In this document: positions 27,001 to 40,296 of the stretch, piece by piece
Layout: every line of letters begins with the position of its first letter
How positions within the stretch are numbered: position 1 is the stretch's first letter
Made by a program: the position numbers and the translations under genes
Assembly (NCBI GenBank): GCA_040954595.2
Contig: CM082585.2
Coordinates: 10,342,564 to 10,406,563 of the forward strand
Source: Balanoglossus misakiensis
Lineage: Eukaryota; Animalia; Hemichordata
Direction of reading: 5' to 3'
Length of the DNA: 64,000 bases
Notes under the pieces: generated by a model
Database searches by the model: none
Told to the model about the DNA's origin: nothing
The model's input: only the letters and a program-made list of their open reading frames with translations

Positions 27001-30000
27001 CCCACACGACACACTTCACTGCCTGACCATCTACGGCCAAAAACATGGAGCATGAGTTGTCTTCGGCCAGCGCCTCCACTCCGGCCAACAACTGTCCTCA
27101 TGATCAAAGACGAGGCGCAGAAAAGTCCCAAGTCAGTTCGGAAAATGCTACACTCCAGCAAACGAAAAACAGGTGAGTGCATGACACCCTGCCAACCTTT
27201 ATAGTGGACTGGTCCAAAATTTTGTCATGGATTTTTAAGCAAATATGATGAAGTGAGAGTTAATCTGTGCTGGCATTGACAAGTGAACAAACCTGAACTA
27301 AAATTATTCTGTGTGCAAAATCTTTAATGTTTTTAGAACGCCCAAAGGTGATGGAAGAAGAAATACAAAAGAAATCGGACAGTAAATCCCTCGCTGAAGA
27401 TGCCCGGATTTTGAAAGTTATTGAATCTTATTGCACAAGTGCCACAGGCAAAGGACACATGTCAGGTGAGATTAAAGACTAATTGTGGAATTTTTGTTTA
27501 CAGCACAGATGAAACATCTGGAAATTTTCGGCACTGGTTTGTTCAGATGTGTGCAATCATTCGCAGAGTTCACCAGTGTTCCGGGTCTATCCCAGAAATG
27601 CATGCGTTGACTCTTGCATGGAATTGACCTCACCCTGTGAATGTTACATTGTCAGCTTTCAACTTTATTCTCTAGTCACTTCTTCAGGACGTCAACACCT
27701 ATGATAGCAATTGTGTTAAAATAATTGCAGTTTACACTGCGTTTTCATCAGGTGAACTTTGGGGATGGGGGTGGGGGGATACAGTGGCAAGTTCTAATCA
27801 AGCAATACAGATATTCTGAAAAGAGTTCTTTTTGCATGTTAAATCGACATTTGCACTTCATTTGCATGTTTGTACGTGGTTTCCAAACTTTGAAACTCTG
27901 GCTAGAAAAAAATTAACTCTTTGGTTTTCAGCATGTAATCTTATTGGGTGCCAAGCACTTCCCATCATTGATCAATTACACTCACCCCCACTACTATGAT
28001 CGGGTTCATTCACTCCCATAATTAAAGTGGAATGTTCCACTCTGCAGTGGAGTTCCATGAGGTCACACCAAAGTAGATGTAGTGATAGGGTGTACAGCTC
28101 TTGCTACATTAACGACAGCCTTAATACAACCCAAGTAGGCCATGGGTGATTGTCTTATACCAACACACAGACACACATTTTTTTTTACTTGCTGGTTTGT
28201 CTAGATTTGACCTTCTTATCGATTTGAGATATTTTGTCAATCTTTGTATAGTTGTGTATTTTTGCAAACAAGGCCCTGAAATGTCAAGTCAAACATATTT
28301 ACCACCGTACCATATCATCGTCGTGCCAACCATAGCAGTCATTCAATCAAGCAAACCATTTCTTTTTTCTACTGTAAGCATACACAATTAATGCATGTGT
28401 TCCATTTTTTTTTATACAAATTACTTTTTTTCATTTTTCCCCAAAATACAACTATTTCAATCTTCATAAACATACCATAAAGTTATTTCAACTATGAAAT
28501 TCATTTTTAGTTTTGTTTTATCTACAGTGTCATGCATACTTTTAATTTCTTCATAAAATCTAATATATATCATTCTTTTTTTTTGTTTGGTTGAGTGGCT
28601 AATGTGGTTTGTGCTTATTCCCTTTTTTCATGGCTTATTTTACCCGTGGCTATACTGACTCACCCAACTTTCTGCACCCTACCACCCCTGCACCACACAG
28701 TGGACCCACCCATACACCACATAGAGTTGTCACAGCAACCGGGCAGTATCTATGGCAACAGAGCAAGAGCTGGAAATGGAAGGGCCGTGGCTATGAGCGA
28801 TTATGAAGACTACTCTCTACTTTTGCCTGGGGGAACAGTAACTTGTTGTTCGGCTTTGCAGTACTTGAAGAAATTTTGAAGCGTAGATGTTGTTACTCAA
28901 ACATGGACACACTGCCATGCAGATTTGTCTGGATTTTTGTGCCAAAACTTTATAAAACAGCTTTTTTAAAAGCTCCTGGGTGAAAACTGAAAGAATCCTG
29001 TGCATTCCTGCCAAATATGTGAACTCCACAAAGAACTTCTCAAGATCCGAAACCCAAGATACATAACGACCAGTAGTGCAGTGAGTGGAGAAGAATGAAG
29101 GATGCCCTCTAGTGCCCTATTGCCATGACTCTGACACCCACCATTGATGCTCTCAACATAAATACTATTACCATAGATAAGTCTGCTATTTATCCAGAAA
29201 TGTATTTACATGAGCACAGAGTGCACCCCTACGCCGTTCCGTGTAAACATTCCATCCCTGTCTTTCTTTGTAAAATGGTTCAGTCCTCATGCCTGCCTTG
29301 TTGGGTCAGTCCACCTCTTCAAAGAATAGGGGTGTGAGGTGTGCAGTTAGAGACCAGACACTCCTTTTCTGTCAGATGGAGTGATTTGATCCAATGAAGA
29401 AGACAGTTGTCTGTTCAACCATTATTCCTTAAGTGTACAATTTCTTGTGATTATGCCAGTAGATGAAATCTTGTATATCTTGCACTATGAATAAATATAT
29501 GTAAATGTTCACTTTATAGAAAATTTTGTGTTTGCCAAATATCAAGGCGTCTTGTTCTTCCAGCACAAAGAAAAATTATATTTTATGTTACCTTTGCATG
29601 TTTTTCATGTGTCTGCCGAATGTTATTTACATGATTAGTATAAACATCACTTCTGTATTTTGGCAATCTTTGCCAGATGAATGATCACTCTACCTTTATC
29701 GATAAAAACATAATATATGAAAATATTTGTGACTTCTGTGTGGATGAAATTCAAGTTTTACTCGACAAGCAATAATACACAGCAATATGATATAGATTGT
29801 AATCTTATAAAAAATAGAGGTTTCAAATCAAGTTTGAGAAACATTGCCTGCCAGTATGCATGAAATTATTTATTTGTTCTGATTGATGTTTGATATTTTG
29901 TTTTATTATAAACCAGACTTTTACCTGCAAAAGACGGAATTCGTTGTCAGTAAAGTTGACCTCTGAACCCAAATTAGCATAAGGGAAGTAAAGGACAGTA

Positions 30001-31072
30001 CTTTGCAACTGTGTATGTTCAAAGGTCATGGCTTAAAGTGTATTTTGTATGCAAGCTCTTAAAAATGTATTTCATGAAAAAATTTAATAAAAAGCTGTGC
30101 AATTTTTTTTTGCAATTAAACAATTTTGAGTGTTCTTGTGATGTGAGTGTTCTGAAACTTGATATTTCAAGAAATAAATACTTCAGCTTTACTACAGTTT
30201 TGCTGTCCTATCTGATGAGTGTATGAGGAAACAATATATCTATGGTAAATATAAAAGTCTGTCATCCCTTACAAAATAAATCCTGCAGAAAAATTAGTTA
30301 GGTCAGATGTATATAACCAAATTTCATAAACACTAATTCAGCAGCAACATTATCGACTTGCTATTGCCCAGAAAATACCCATGTCATCAAATATTGGTCT
30401 TTAAAACAGAGGTGTCTCCCCAGCCCAGTGTGACCCAAAAGGTCAAAGTTCAAATACGAAAGGTCATCCTGGTTTACGGTATACATTGGATTTGATCTAC
30501 TGATATTGGAATGTCAGAGGTCAAATCTAACAATGTGAAACCAATATCACAATCGATTCCATATCAAAATGCAACACTGAAACGAGGAACTTGTGGTGTT
30601 GTGCAATTAAAAGTGACATCATACTTTTTTTGTTTCTTTCAGTTCACCTTTTTGCAGACGACAATCCACAAGTGATAATTGCCGAAGAAGAGAAAATTAT
30701 AGTGGAGGAAATAAAAGGCAATCAAACAGTCATGGAGGAAAGGTCAGTGATTTGGTCTGCATTGTCAAGGGAACGCTCTTTTTAGGTTTTCTAATTTTAC
30801 TCTGTTATGTTAACATATGAACAATACCTGAGTATGGTAGATATGTCATATGCCACTTATGATGTGAATTCTTGTTCTTCTCATCTTTTTGTAGGAGCCT
30901 TGTAGACACAGTGTATGCTTTACGAGATCAAGTGAAAGATTTGACGGAGCAAACAAAACGACTCAAACGAGGACTCGACGATGAAGTCAAAGCCAGGAAG
31001 AAACTGGAAGTTGCGTTTAAAAAGACATTGAAAAGTCCCTCAGACTTTAATGCCGAAGAAACAAAATTATGA
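15038..31072 (+). CDS. ARHGEF7: Rho guanine nucleotide exchange factor 7 (beta-PIX/Cool-1)-like: SH3-DH-PH-GIT-binding-coiled coil; about 14 coding exons
   Basis: SH3 exon 15038-15227 ([21 protein letters not shown]...[20 protein letters not shown]); DH exons ([30 protein letters not shown]); [21 protein letters not shown]; [30 protein letters not shown]; [14 protein letters not shown]; [16 protein letters not shown]; [13 protein letters not shown]; PDZ-binding end EETKL*. Confidence 0.93.
16042..16206. repeat. Perfect 67-bp inverted repeat with 31-nt spacer in an ARHGEF7 intron
   Basis: 16042-16108 is the exact reverse complement of 16140-16206 on manual comparison. Confidence 0.92.
19726..20203 (+). 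promoter_or_regulatory. Putative internal promoter and alternative first exon of ARHGEF7 (coding part 20077-20203)
   Basis: Octamer ATGCAAAT 19726-19733, ETS-type CACTTCCTGT ~19767, TATAAA 19798-19803, TCAGT Inr-like ~19835, CpG-rich leader, Kozak ATCATGG at 20077, donor GTAAGG at 20204 in phase 1 matching the exon at 23158. Confidence 0.6.
28701..28879 (+). CDS. Candidate alternative terminal exon of ARHGEF7
   Basis: Branch-like ACTGAC, C/T-rich tract and CAG at 28698-28700; phase-1 entry gives an open frame [15 protein letters not shown]...LQYLKKF*; AATAAA at ~29490. Confidence 0.4.
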
Positions 31073-32179
31073 CAAGGACTCCTGATGTGTTACTCAAACA
31101 GATAGCAAATGTGTGCTTGTAACAGCACCTTCCACAGTTCTGTGAAGACTGAAATCGTGCCATGCACTGTATGTATATACACAGATTTTGATGGAAATGA
31201 GTTTTTGTGAATGAGATTTGATCAGAGTAACAACAGTCTTAGCCTGGAATCTATGAATGGGGAATGTTGCGCCAAAACTATGCAAAGATCCTTGTGTTAT
31301 TTTCTAGGAAGGCCCAGCAGAGTTTAAACTGGGGATTCGTGGTTTTGTATCCAAAGAGAAACACAAGAGCAGTATTCAGTGTGATGTGCCCCGTGTTGCA
31401 TAGTTGTTAAGGTTAGTGTTCTATAAACAGCCCACACAAGACATTAAGAGCGACATGGGGTTTGTTACCTCGGTTACTGTTTGGGACTGAGGGACCTCCA
31501 TGTTGAAACACTTGGGCACTGAACATAGGTTCCAGGCTGAGATTTCCCCATTGACATATCACAAATATAAGTGTTGTAAGAATGAATCGAGACAGGGGTC
31601 CTCTGCGATCTCAGTTATCTTCAAGTAACCAGGAAAAAGTATAATCAGAGAAACCACAATGCCTAATGTGTTGGCTTTTGTGATAGGAGTAAAAAGAAGC
31701 ATTGCTATGAACAGATTTGTCATGTGAGGGCACACTTGCATCTGTGAAGGTGCTGTGAGAATTGATGGTGCCGTTTCAAAGCATGATGGGATAATGTGTA
31801 ATCGTCCATTTGCTATTGGGTAACACATCTGCTCCACCAATGCACTGGTGTGAAGGTGCCCCCTGCAGAGTGTTAGCTGTTTAGGGTGCGAGTCTGTTGG
31901 CTATACGGTGGTGGTGCTGTTTATCTGGGAATTAAAGTGCTTCAAGTTGACAGCCAGGAAATAAACTTGTGGAAGATCCACAAGTGCATTTATTTCAGCA
32001 GAGTTGTCAGTATCCAAGATATATTATCTTTGCTTAAAGAATGGTTGAATACACAAGACAAATTCTAAATCAAGCACTTAGTGACAGAATGGACAGCAAG
32101 CAATACAGGAAGATGATTTTGACAGGAACTTTTTTACTGGGTGTATACGTGGGCTAAATCATTTAAATAGGAGAAATTC

Positions 32180-32295
32180 TCACCAATCAAATTAGACTTG
32201 TACTGCGTCATTTAATAGAAGACATGTTAACCAATCAAATTAGACTTGTACTGCCATAATTCAAATGTAAGACATGTCCTTCAATCAAATTAGTT
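32180..32295. repeat. Degenerate tandem repeat, ~50-bp unit, about 2.3 copies
   Basis: ACCAATCAAATTAGACTTGTACTGC...AGACATGT occurs twice, followed by a third partial CAATCAAATTAG. Confidence 0.7.
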
Positions 32296-33101
32296 TCATT
32301 GCTAGGATCTTATTGGTTACTGCTGCATCACATGACCTGTTGATTTCTTTGCTGTTGCATCATGGGTAGCCAATGTGGTTTTGAGAATGGCAGCTGCACT
32401 AGCACTATGTTCAAAGTCTCTAGGACCAAAAGCGTTGCTGAAAACAAATTAATTCTGTGCAAGGCATTTGCAGTAACCAAAGGTGGAAGATGATTAGGAT
32501 TAACATATTATTTCCAGCCATTTGTCTGGGCAAAAGATGTGCAGATATTGCTAGCTTCAACTCATTTTTTCAGTGCATTTGAAAAAAATATAGATTAAAA
32601 CTTAAAATGTAGAATAGTTTGGTCCAGAATTTCCACTTGCTAGTTTCTGCCTGTAGACTCTTGTGATTTGCTGCTTTGAGGAGAAAATGTGGATCTTTCG
32701 TTAAATTTGTTCCACAAAAGTATTCAGACAATTCAGTTGTTGTTTTGTTTTTGTTTTTTCGTTTTAAGGTCCTTGCAAAATAATGTGTAACGAAAATTTT
32801 GTGTAAATCCTGTCTGGATCATGTGAGAAATATTCCCATGAAATATCGGATTGGGAAATAAAATAAATTGAAGTGTTTCATATTTTGAGATTATCTTTTC
32901 TGTTTTAATCTGTGTTGGTATGGTGATTATAAACACATACAATAGATCGGAAAAGCACACTTTTGAAAATAAGACTATATTAAATGCACTCATTTAGCTG
33001 TGAAAAACCATGTCCCCATAATGCTTATTATAAATGATTTGTCTCATGTTTGCTATGGCAAGGTTAATATACATTTCTTCAGATTGTCTGCAAGGTTTCT
33101 T

Positions 33102-36100
33102 TTAGTATAACAGTGCTCCCAGCAGCATGATAACCATGGCAACAATCAGGCTGACTTTCGCCGTTTCTTTTGGACCTCCAGAAACTGTTGACAAAATTGA
33201 GAAAAAAAGGCATATTACTGTGACTTTCCATATTCAGACTTGACATGACTGGAAGATTCTGTCGTGTGCAATGATTGTGAACATAAAAAGCATGTGCGAG
33301 CAATGTTTGTCCAGGCAGGGACTTAAACAAGCTGACCTGACCAAGCCTAGTGGACCCTACAATGCAAATCTTGTCTCTATTATTTTCTCAAATCTGACAA
33401 AACATCACATGAAACAAACAATGGGGTAAATAACACATACTGTCCAGATCCCAGCCCGGTACATCTCCATTCTTCTCATTTTCGGCATCCAGGTATTGGA
33501 TCAATGGCGCAAAGTAATCCATTAATGGCCGTGCATCCATTTGTCGACTTCCGGTTAAAGCTTCCATTGCCTCCGGCCATGGTTTGCTTCTTCCGAGCTT
33601 CAACATGTCGCTGTTATGGAAAAGAGGTAAACAACTTGTATTTAATGTTCTGTCATGTGAACTTCAATTGTTATGTTACTTGGGATTTGACATTTTCTGT
33701 TCTACCATTCATTCATGAGTAATTTGCATGTATTCTTCTACATCACCTGTTGAAAGATAACAGAATACTGAAAAAGACTTACGCAAGTTTTTGCCCCGCC
33801 GCAGTTGATTCGTGGATATCGCATCGATGCAGCGGCACGTCACTCTGTCCAGCCAAATCACAGAGCGCCTTATGGAACTGAAACTGTATGATGTAACTTA
33901 TGAAATACCTACCAAACAAAAGAATTTGGAAAAAAAGTTAGAATTACAATACATTGAAATTGATGAGTGTCTGCTTAGATAGGATACTGCTTATTTTGCA
34001 GTCATTCCCATTCTTTGGGACCTGTTGTCATTGTTTTCAATTTCGTTGGAAAAAATAATTTATATAAGTCTAGACAAGACCCACCTGATGTAGGGCGTGT
34101 TGCTGTTGATGTGGTATTTTGCTGCAGGATCAAAATCATCTTCACTTCTTGACACTGGTGGCGCTATACCTTGGTATCGTGTTCTGTTGGTCGAAATTGA
34201 TAAAGGGATAGTCAATCATAGATAGATGACCGCCACTTTTTGCTATATAAGTTCCATCTCTGTATGTCAGTGGTCCAAACATTGACAGTACGTTCACTTC
34301 TAAAGACGACATACCTTAGCTCCCACCACTTGGCATTGTAATTCTCGGGTGTTATTTCGCCAGCGTAGACATCCCACCTCCAGAGATCCATAAGCAAGCC
34401 GAAGGGAAGAAATATTATTTTCTTCAACGCTTGACTCATCAGATAGTTCAGGTCGGACTCTGGGTGGAACAGAGTACAAACACGCGAATAAAAATGGGTG
34501 AACCTCATTTTCCATAGTTTCAACCTTGATCTTGGTCCATCAAATCAATTTTCAAAGTCTCAGCCCATCAAGGAGGACAGACGCATACCTGTATCATCGC
34601 CAACTTCGTCCAACAACCCTATTTTCTTTAAATGTTCAGGTGTAGACACAGACAATGACAGAACATCACCCACAGCTTCGTGAAACCCAGAATTTGCACC
34701 CCTGCGGTAGACAACTGGGTGATGCTTGTACTGAAGATAATATTGTACGTGGCCCATTTCATGATGAACTGTGATGAGGCTCTGCATAGTTATGTCTGTA
34801 CACTGTTTGATTCTATAAGGAGATTCGAATTAGTCCAAGAGAAGATTTATGTTAGTCGTTTTTACCATTCATGGACGGATACTAATTAAATCACTCGTTT
34901 ATCATTCTAAAGTTGTACAAAACTAAGAATTGTGCTAAAACGCCTTACTTGTCATGAGTACTGTCCAATTGCGCTCACCAGGTATCGCGTTTTTTTAATG
35001 AATGACGTCGCTGTTTACCTGACGTCCCTTGCATTGTAGAAATCCCAGGCCGATGCATGGCAGACGACTTCTCTGCCATCGTCAGGTTTTTCTATCATCG
35101 AATCGTCCCAAAACGATTGCGGTGTTGCCGCCAATCCCAGCTTCACGAAAAATTCCTCGGAAATCTCGAACATCTGTCGCGCATCGTATCCCTGTAAAGT
35201 AAATGAATTGAAACGTAATTCCACTGTCAAATACTCTACCCCCCCCCCCCTCGAAATTAATTGTTTTCCCTTATCCCGATGCAAAATGGGAAAAATTGGA
35301 GCTGGTGTCGGTTGACCTTACATCGTCTTTTAGTTTCTGAGTGACGTCCACTGTTGGTTTCCCAGGAAACGGTTCCACAAGGTCCAGGATGTTGTTCCAG
35401 GTCTGAGCCCACATATTACCTGTGAAGTGAAACACAGTATAACAAGCCGAACTTCGTGAGTTTTACAACTAGCGAAATCTATGCATGCTGCTCTCAGGAT
35501 GGAAGAAAGTCCTCAAATCTTACCCAGCAAGTGGGCAGGAATTGGCCCAGTCAGATCTACTTTATCCTCTCCGTAATGTCGACTTAGTTTTCTTCGGACA
35601 TAAGCGTGCAGTTTCTTGTAGAGTGGTTCTAGTTGTTCATACAGCCTGATGACGTCACCTTCCAAATCGGCCACGTCATACGAGTACCGAAGATACTCGC
35701 CGTAGTCGGAGAACTTTACATCTGCGACGGAAGCGAAAATGCAAATGAACTGTGCAACAGGTGGCTAGGATGCTTTGACAGACAGGCACCGGTACCTGTC
35801 CAGTTCATGGACCCCATAGTCTAACAGTTTTTGTCGGGGAGTAAGCATATATAGGTTTACAAAAGTCTGCCTCAATACACTATTGACCAATTGTAAAAAC
35901 TTACCATTTGCATTGGCAGCCTTGTTGGCCAACTCAACAAACCGAGTGTAGGTATCACGTGTTGGTTTACCGGCCTGGTCTCGCCAACCTCGCCAACACC
36001 ATAAAAGTTCATCATAATCTCGACTGTCGGCCATAATCCTAGTCAGGTCTGTAAAAACATGCAATTCTTTACATTCTCCATTTCAATTTCGGACTGTACT

Positions 36101-37908
36101 GATACCATATACTAAATTTATCTGATCGATAATATTTCCATATGGAGCCTGAAAACAAGTTCGCAATCTTTCAATCAGTCGGGCTTTATTAAGACAAGCG
36201 AGGGATCAAATGGAACAAAAGTCAGCACAACAATGTCGAGGGAGATATCTTTAAATCATAGATAAACATGTCACAAGCAAGACAACCCATTGTTATCAAC
36301 AATCGTTATCGTTTTTTTTTTGACATCAAGAAAAGCCTTTATGGTTCGATAAATATGTTTTTCTGCTTATCGTACATATTGTGCGCATATAAATTCTCCT
36401 GCTATCTCATATCGAATAAATCGGCGACTTTTAGTCTGTCGGTGCTATAGCACATTGCCCCGTGACCCACTTTTTAAAATATTCGCCTTTATTTTTACAA
36501 GTTACGTCAACCTTCCGTCACAGTTCAGCGATATCGTCTAACAGTATTGGATTGTAACTTTACCTGGTTCCAGAGAGAAACAATCTGTGGGTTCGTGGCC
36601 AGGACGCCCGCACACTTTAGCTGTAGAATATGTTTTCTTCATAGTAGAGATGATAGAATCATACTGCCATAAAAATTAATAAGAGTAATTAATTTAAACA
36701 TAGATGGATATGTCTGTCACCATTAAAGGGACAGTAGATGTATAAGTTGCCTTTTGTTTGGCAAACCGTGAGAGTTAAAAATGCCTCGCCGATTTTTATG
36801 CAAATAAAACGAGTCAAATTTTTACAGGTACTCCACCTCGAGTTTCTCGTCACTCGGTAAGGCAGCACTGCCGATGTAGAGCAGAAACTCTAGTTGTCGG
36901 TTGGTGTCGTATCCGAAGCCAGTCCGGTCGAAGAGAGACGCGTTCGCTCGTGCCTCTTTGTCGAATACTGCGCTGACAGAACTGGCTTCAAGCTACAAAA
37001 AGTAAGAAGAAGAAAAACGGTGATGACAGCACCGCTAGATTTCCATGAATGGATGGAAGGAAGCGTCCTCAACAGACATCAGATTTGGATAGTTTTGGAT
37101 TGCCACTCTCCATCACAAAGTTTACGGACATTAAATTCTGACTGTGTGCTTTAGTACGTGCAGTAAATCTCCTTAATTGTTTGCTCAAATTCTCGAATGT
37201 TTAAATAAGCAAAATTCCACATTCTATATACTCCATAAAACGTAACTTGAACATTCCTAGTCATTTATTACCACGCGATGAACTGTCTAATGTTCGGTGA
37301 CCGCACTAATATGAAGAAATATTGAAAGAAGAAATGTGACCAAGATAGGAAAGTTCAATCCAAATGGCTTCGAATGCAAAAGACGACATGATTCTTATTC
37401 TGTCGCCAAACTTAATGACCCTTTAAGCTACATTGCTGCGCAGAACTTGAGGCTATTTTATGAGGTACCTGGGTTTTGGATGAGTTTTACTGGGAACAGA
37501 TGTGAATCCGTGCGCATGCACCTGTTCGCGGACAATTTCATTATCTTTCAGTAACCAATTGGGATTTAGGAAAAGTTCATGGACAGCTTAATATTTTCGA
37601 TTTTGACCGGAAAATTCGGTCGAGAATATATTTTGCAAGACGCAGTGAAAGGTGCAAGATATTTTCAACGGAGAAATTTAAGAGCCGGAACGCCCACTTA
37701 CCATTTTCTGTTCGTTGTAGTCAGTGATGTTGGTATTGTAATTCCAACTGGCCAGAGTGCTCTCGTATCGAACTTCTTGGGCTTGATTTGAAACTTCCTG
37801 CAAGAATAGTTTCGCCTGGTCTTCATCTGATATCAATTGGCCGAGGATGCCGTTCGCGGTGGCCGCCACGAGACACCAAAAGACCAGCTCCAGTTTCCGT
37901 CCGCCCAT
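33102..37908 (-). CDS. ACE: Angiotensin-converting enzyme-like peptidyl-dipeptidase (peptidase M2), single catalytic domain, about 13 exons, signal peptide, hydrophobic C-terminal tail
   Basis: Signal peptide [20 protein letters not shown]; [10 protein letters not shown]; YSTAKVC; [16 protein letters not shown]; [15 protein letters not shown]; [13 protein letters not shown]; intact zinc motif HHEMGH and EAVGD; FDPAAKYHI; [11 protein letters not shown]; final exon 33184-33102. Confidence 0.93.
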
Positions 37909-40296
37909 GGTTAAAGAACCGATAGAACTAAATACTTTTGTGCGCGGCGTCAAAGCGAGGTCACTTCGGACTGAAGTGCAGCGGACAATCTCCGCGCTTT
38001 GTACACAAATCAGACACGGGGGCTACCACACCTGTTACTGTGTGTCTTCAAGATCTTAAAATCAGATGGCCGACGAAATTTAATAACTTCTTGACACCAG
38101 GATTTGTTCAAGGTCGATCAAGAATGTATGTCAATAGCTTCACATCAAAACTCCAGTCGAAATTATTCTGTATTCTATCATTACGCATGTTGATATTTCG
38201 ATGGATTGTCTTCTTGTATCTGTGTACAATATTTTTCATGACATGAAGTTTTCTTTCAGCAGACGAAACCTCTTAACTTGAGACATGTAAAAGTAATATG
38301 GTCAAGCCAGGGTTCAGGACAATGAGTAACCATGGTAACGTTGTTCCATGCGTGGGCAAGCTGGTTTTATTCCGCTAGGAAAATGAAAACACGTTTGCTT
38401 CATCAGCAAGATGCGTTGATTTGTGTACTTCTGTGCCAGGGATAAGCACGTTCCGTAAAACACTGAGCCAGCCTCAAAGGCACGACATTGACATCTGCTG
38501 CAGTGTGAACTTTCGCATATTGTCGGCCATCTGCAGATGTAGTTTATATCAAAGCCAGCACAAATGAACCACGTCATCAATCTGGCTGCCTGTGACAGAA
38601 TTTGTCGGCTGACGATTTGTCAAGCACATTCCCGAGTCCAAACTCAATGCTTTGACGTGTAAGACGAAACCCCCCGTCGCTAACGGTCAAGTTTGGCCGA
38701 TGTTTAAGTGGATGTTTTTGTGAAGCACTTTCAAAGTCTACAAAATAACAGTAAAATTGTGTGCGGTTGCTACACCCCCTTGCGTTGGAAAGTCGATACA
38801 ACAGACAAACAAACAAGTATACCAATGACGCAAAACTAAAAATACTGGAACTGTTAAGAAACCCCTCCCAAAGCGACAAGGTGACTTACAGGGAATCAAT
38901 TTAGTTAATTTATACCATTTGATTTATTTTGGGTTTTAATGGGTTTAGGTAAAGAGAAACACTGTAAATGAAACATACTCATTTAATAATTTGGTATAAA
39001 ATTCAGAATAGGAAAGAAATGGACCTTACCACCGGTTTCTTCCTGGTTGTTGCTCATGTAACGACGTCATGTTTGGTATGTGCCATAATTCATGATTCGA
39101 GTATCAACATATTTTCGTATTTTGTTGGGAAACAAAGAATCCCTCCACAAGACTCAGCAAAACGATCTTCATAACTTGTCGACATTGTGGAAACATAGGA
39201 AACATATCACATCATTCAATCAATGTTTTAAGTCATTTGTTTTTTAGTTTTTCTCATTTCAGTCTACTTGAAGTCGGTTTAGAGGGGTGTTTACTGTAGA
39301 TAAGGCCAGCGAAAGGTCCCGAGCTGACGACATCGAATTCTTGATGACCTACTTGATACGCATAACGAGAGTGTACCATACACAAGCAACTCCGAGTTGA
39401 GTTTGTAAGAAGATCTCTGGTGTTGAACGTACTGGCTGGAGACAATTCTGGCATGTGAAAATTGTTGGGGATTTTGAATCACCCCTGTGTCGCAAAACTG
39501 AGGATAGGTTTTATATCATCGATAAAAGACGCGTTTTATGGTATCACGACTGTTTATTGATCTCTGATAAAAATCTGTCAAGCATCGGACGGACGTCAAT
39601 ATACTTTTTAATGTTTAGTTACGCCTGCATAGTTAATTTGAGTTCACCCGGCCGTTAATCTTATCTAAGAGCTATACCTGTATACGTGCATAATCCTCCC
39701 GAAAATTCCTGAGCAAAATTTCGTGACCTCCCTAAACACCTGCAAGAAAAAGACCCCCCCTCCCCCGTTATCATAATTTCCTACGTGTATGCCTCAGTCA
39801 CATTCCTAACAATGAAACCAACAGGCCCCGTAATCTTAAAATCTGTTTTAATACAATTTAAACTATTTAAAAGCCCACAGAAATTTTGATTTGAAGAAAC
39901 CAGTTTGCCAAAAGTGTTTATGCGCCCTCTAGTGTTGGTGACCCGCCCCTCGCAACCCATGCACGTGCATGCTGAGCTCCCGGAATTGTACGAAAAGTAC
40001 ACAGACTGACAGCGACGGTTTACAGGAGTTTTCAGTGACTCGCCAGGCGTCATTTCAGGAGGACATTAATGTAAGTTTTGATAATGAAAAGGGGAAAGCC
40101 TTGGGTTACTGATGGCAGGGACTTTTTTTGACATTTTCATTTGGCGTTGCAACTGTAACAGTTTGCAATGCAACATTGAAAGCATGCATGTTCTTCCAAG
40201 CCCGGCCTTCCAAGCCGCTAGGCGTGGTATGTCGGACGGATTTAAAAAAAATCTGGTTTGTTTGTATCATTGGGGTTTTCCAGCTAACATTTTAAG

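Noticed and set aside
28595-28700. Hydrophobic 5' extension of the candidate alternative exon as a transmembrane PIX isoform
   Set aside because: It would need a weak GAG acceptor at 28595; the CAG at 28700 has better branch and pyrimidine context, and T-rich intron sequence naturally translates as hydrophobic.
32180-32295. Repeat-spacer-like pattern (ACCAATCAAATTAGACTTGTACTGC)
   Set aside because: Only two full copies and the intervening segments resemble each other, so it is a degenerate tandem duplication.
39660-39795. Possible Harbinger MITE remnant upstream of the pseudo-TDP1 promoter
   Set aside because: Only one plausible end with a C-tract; no matched TIR or TSD.
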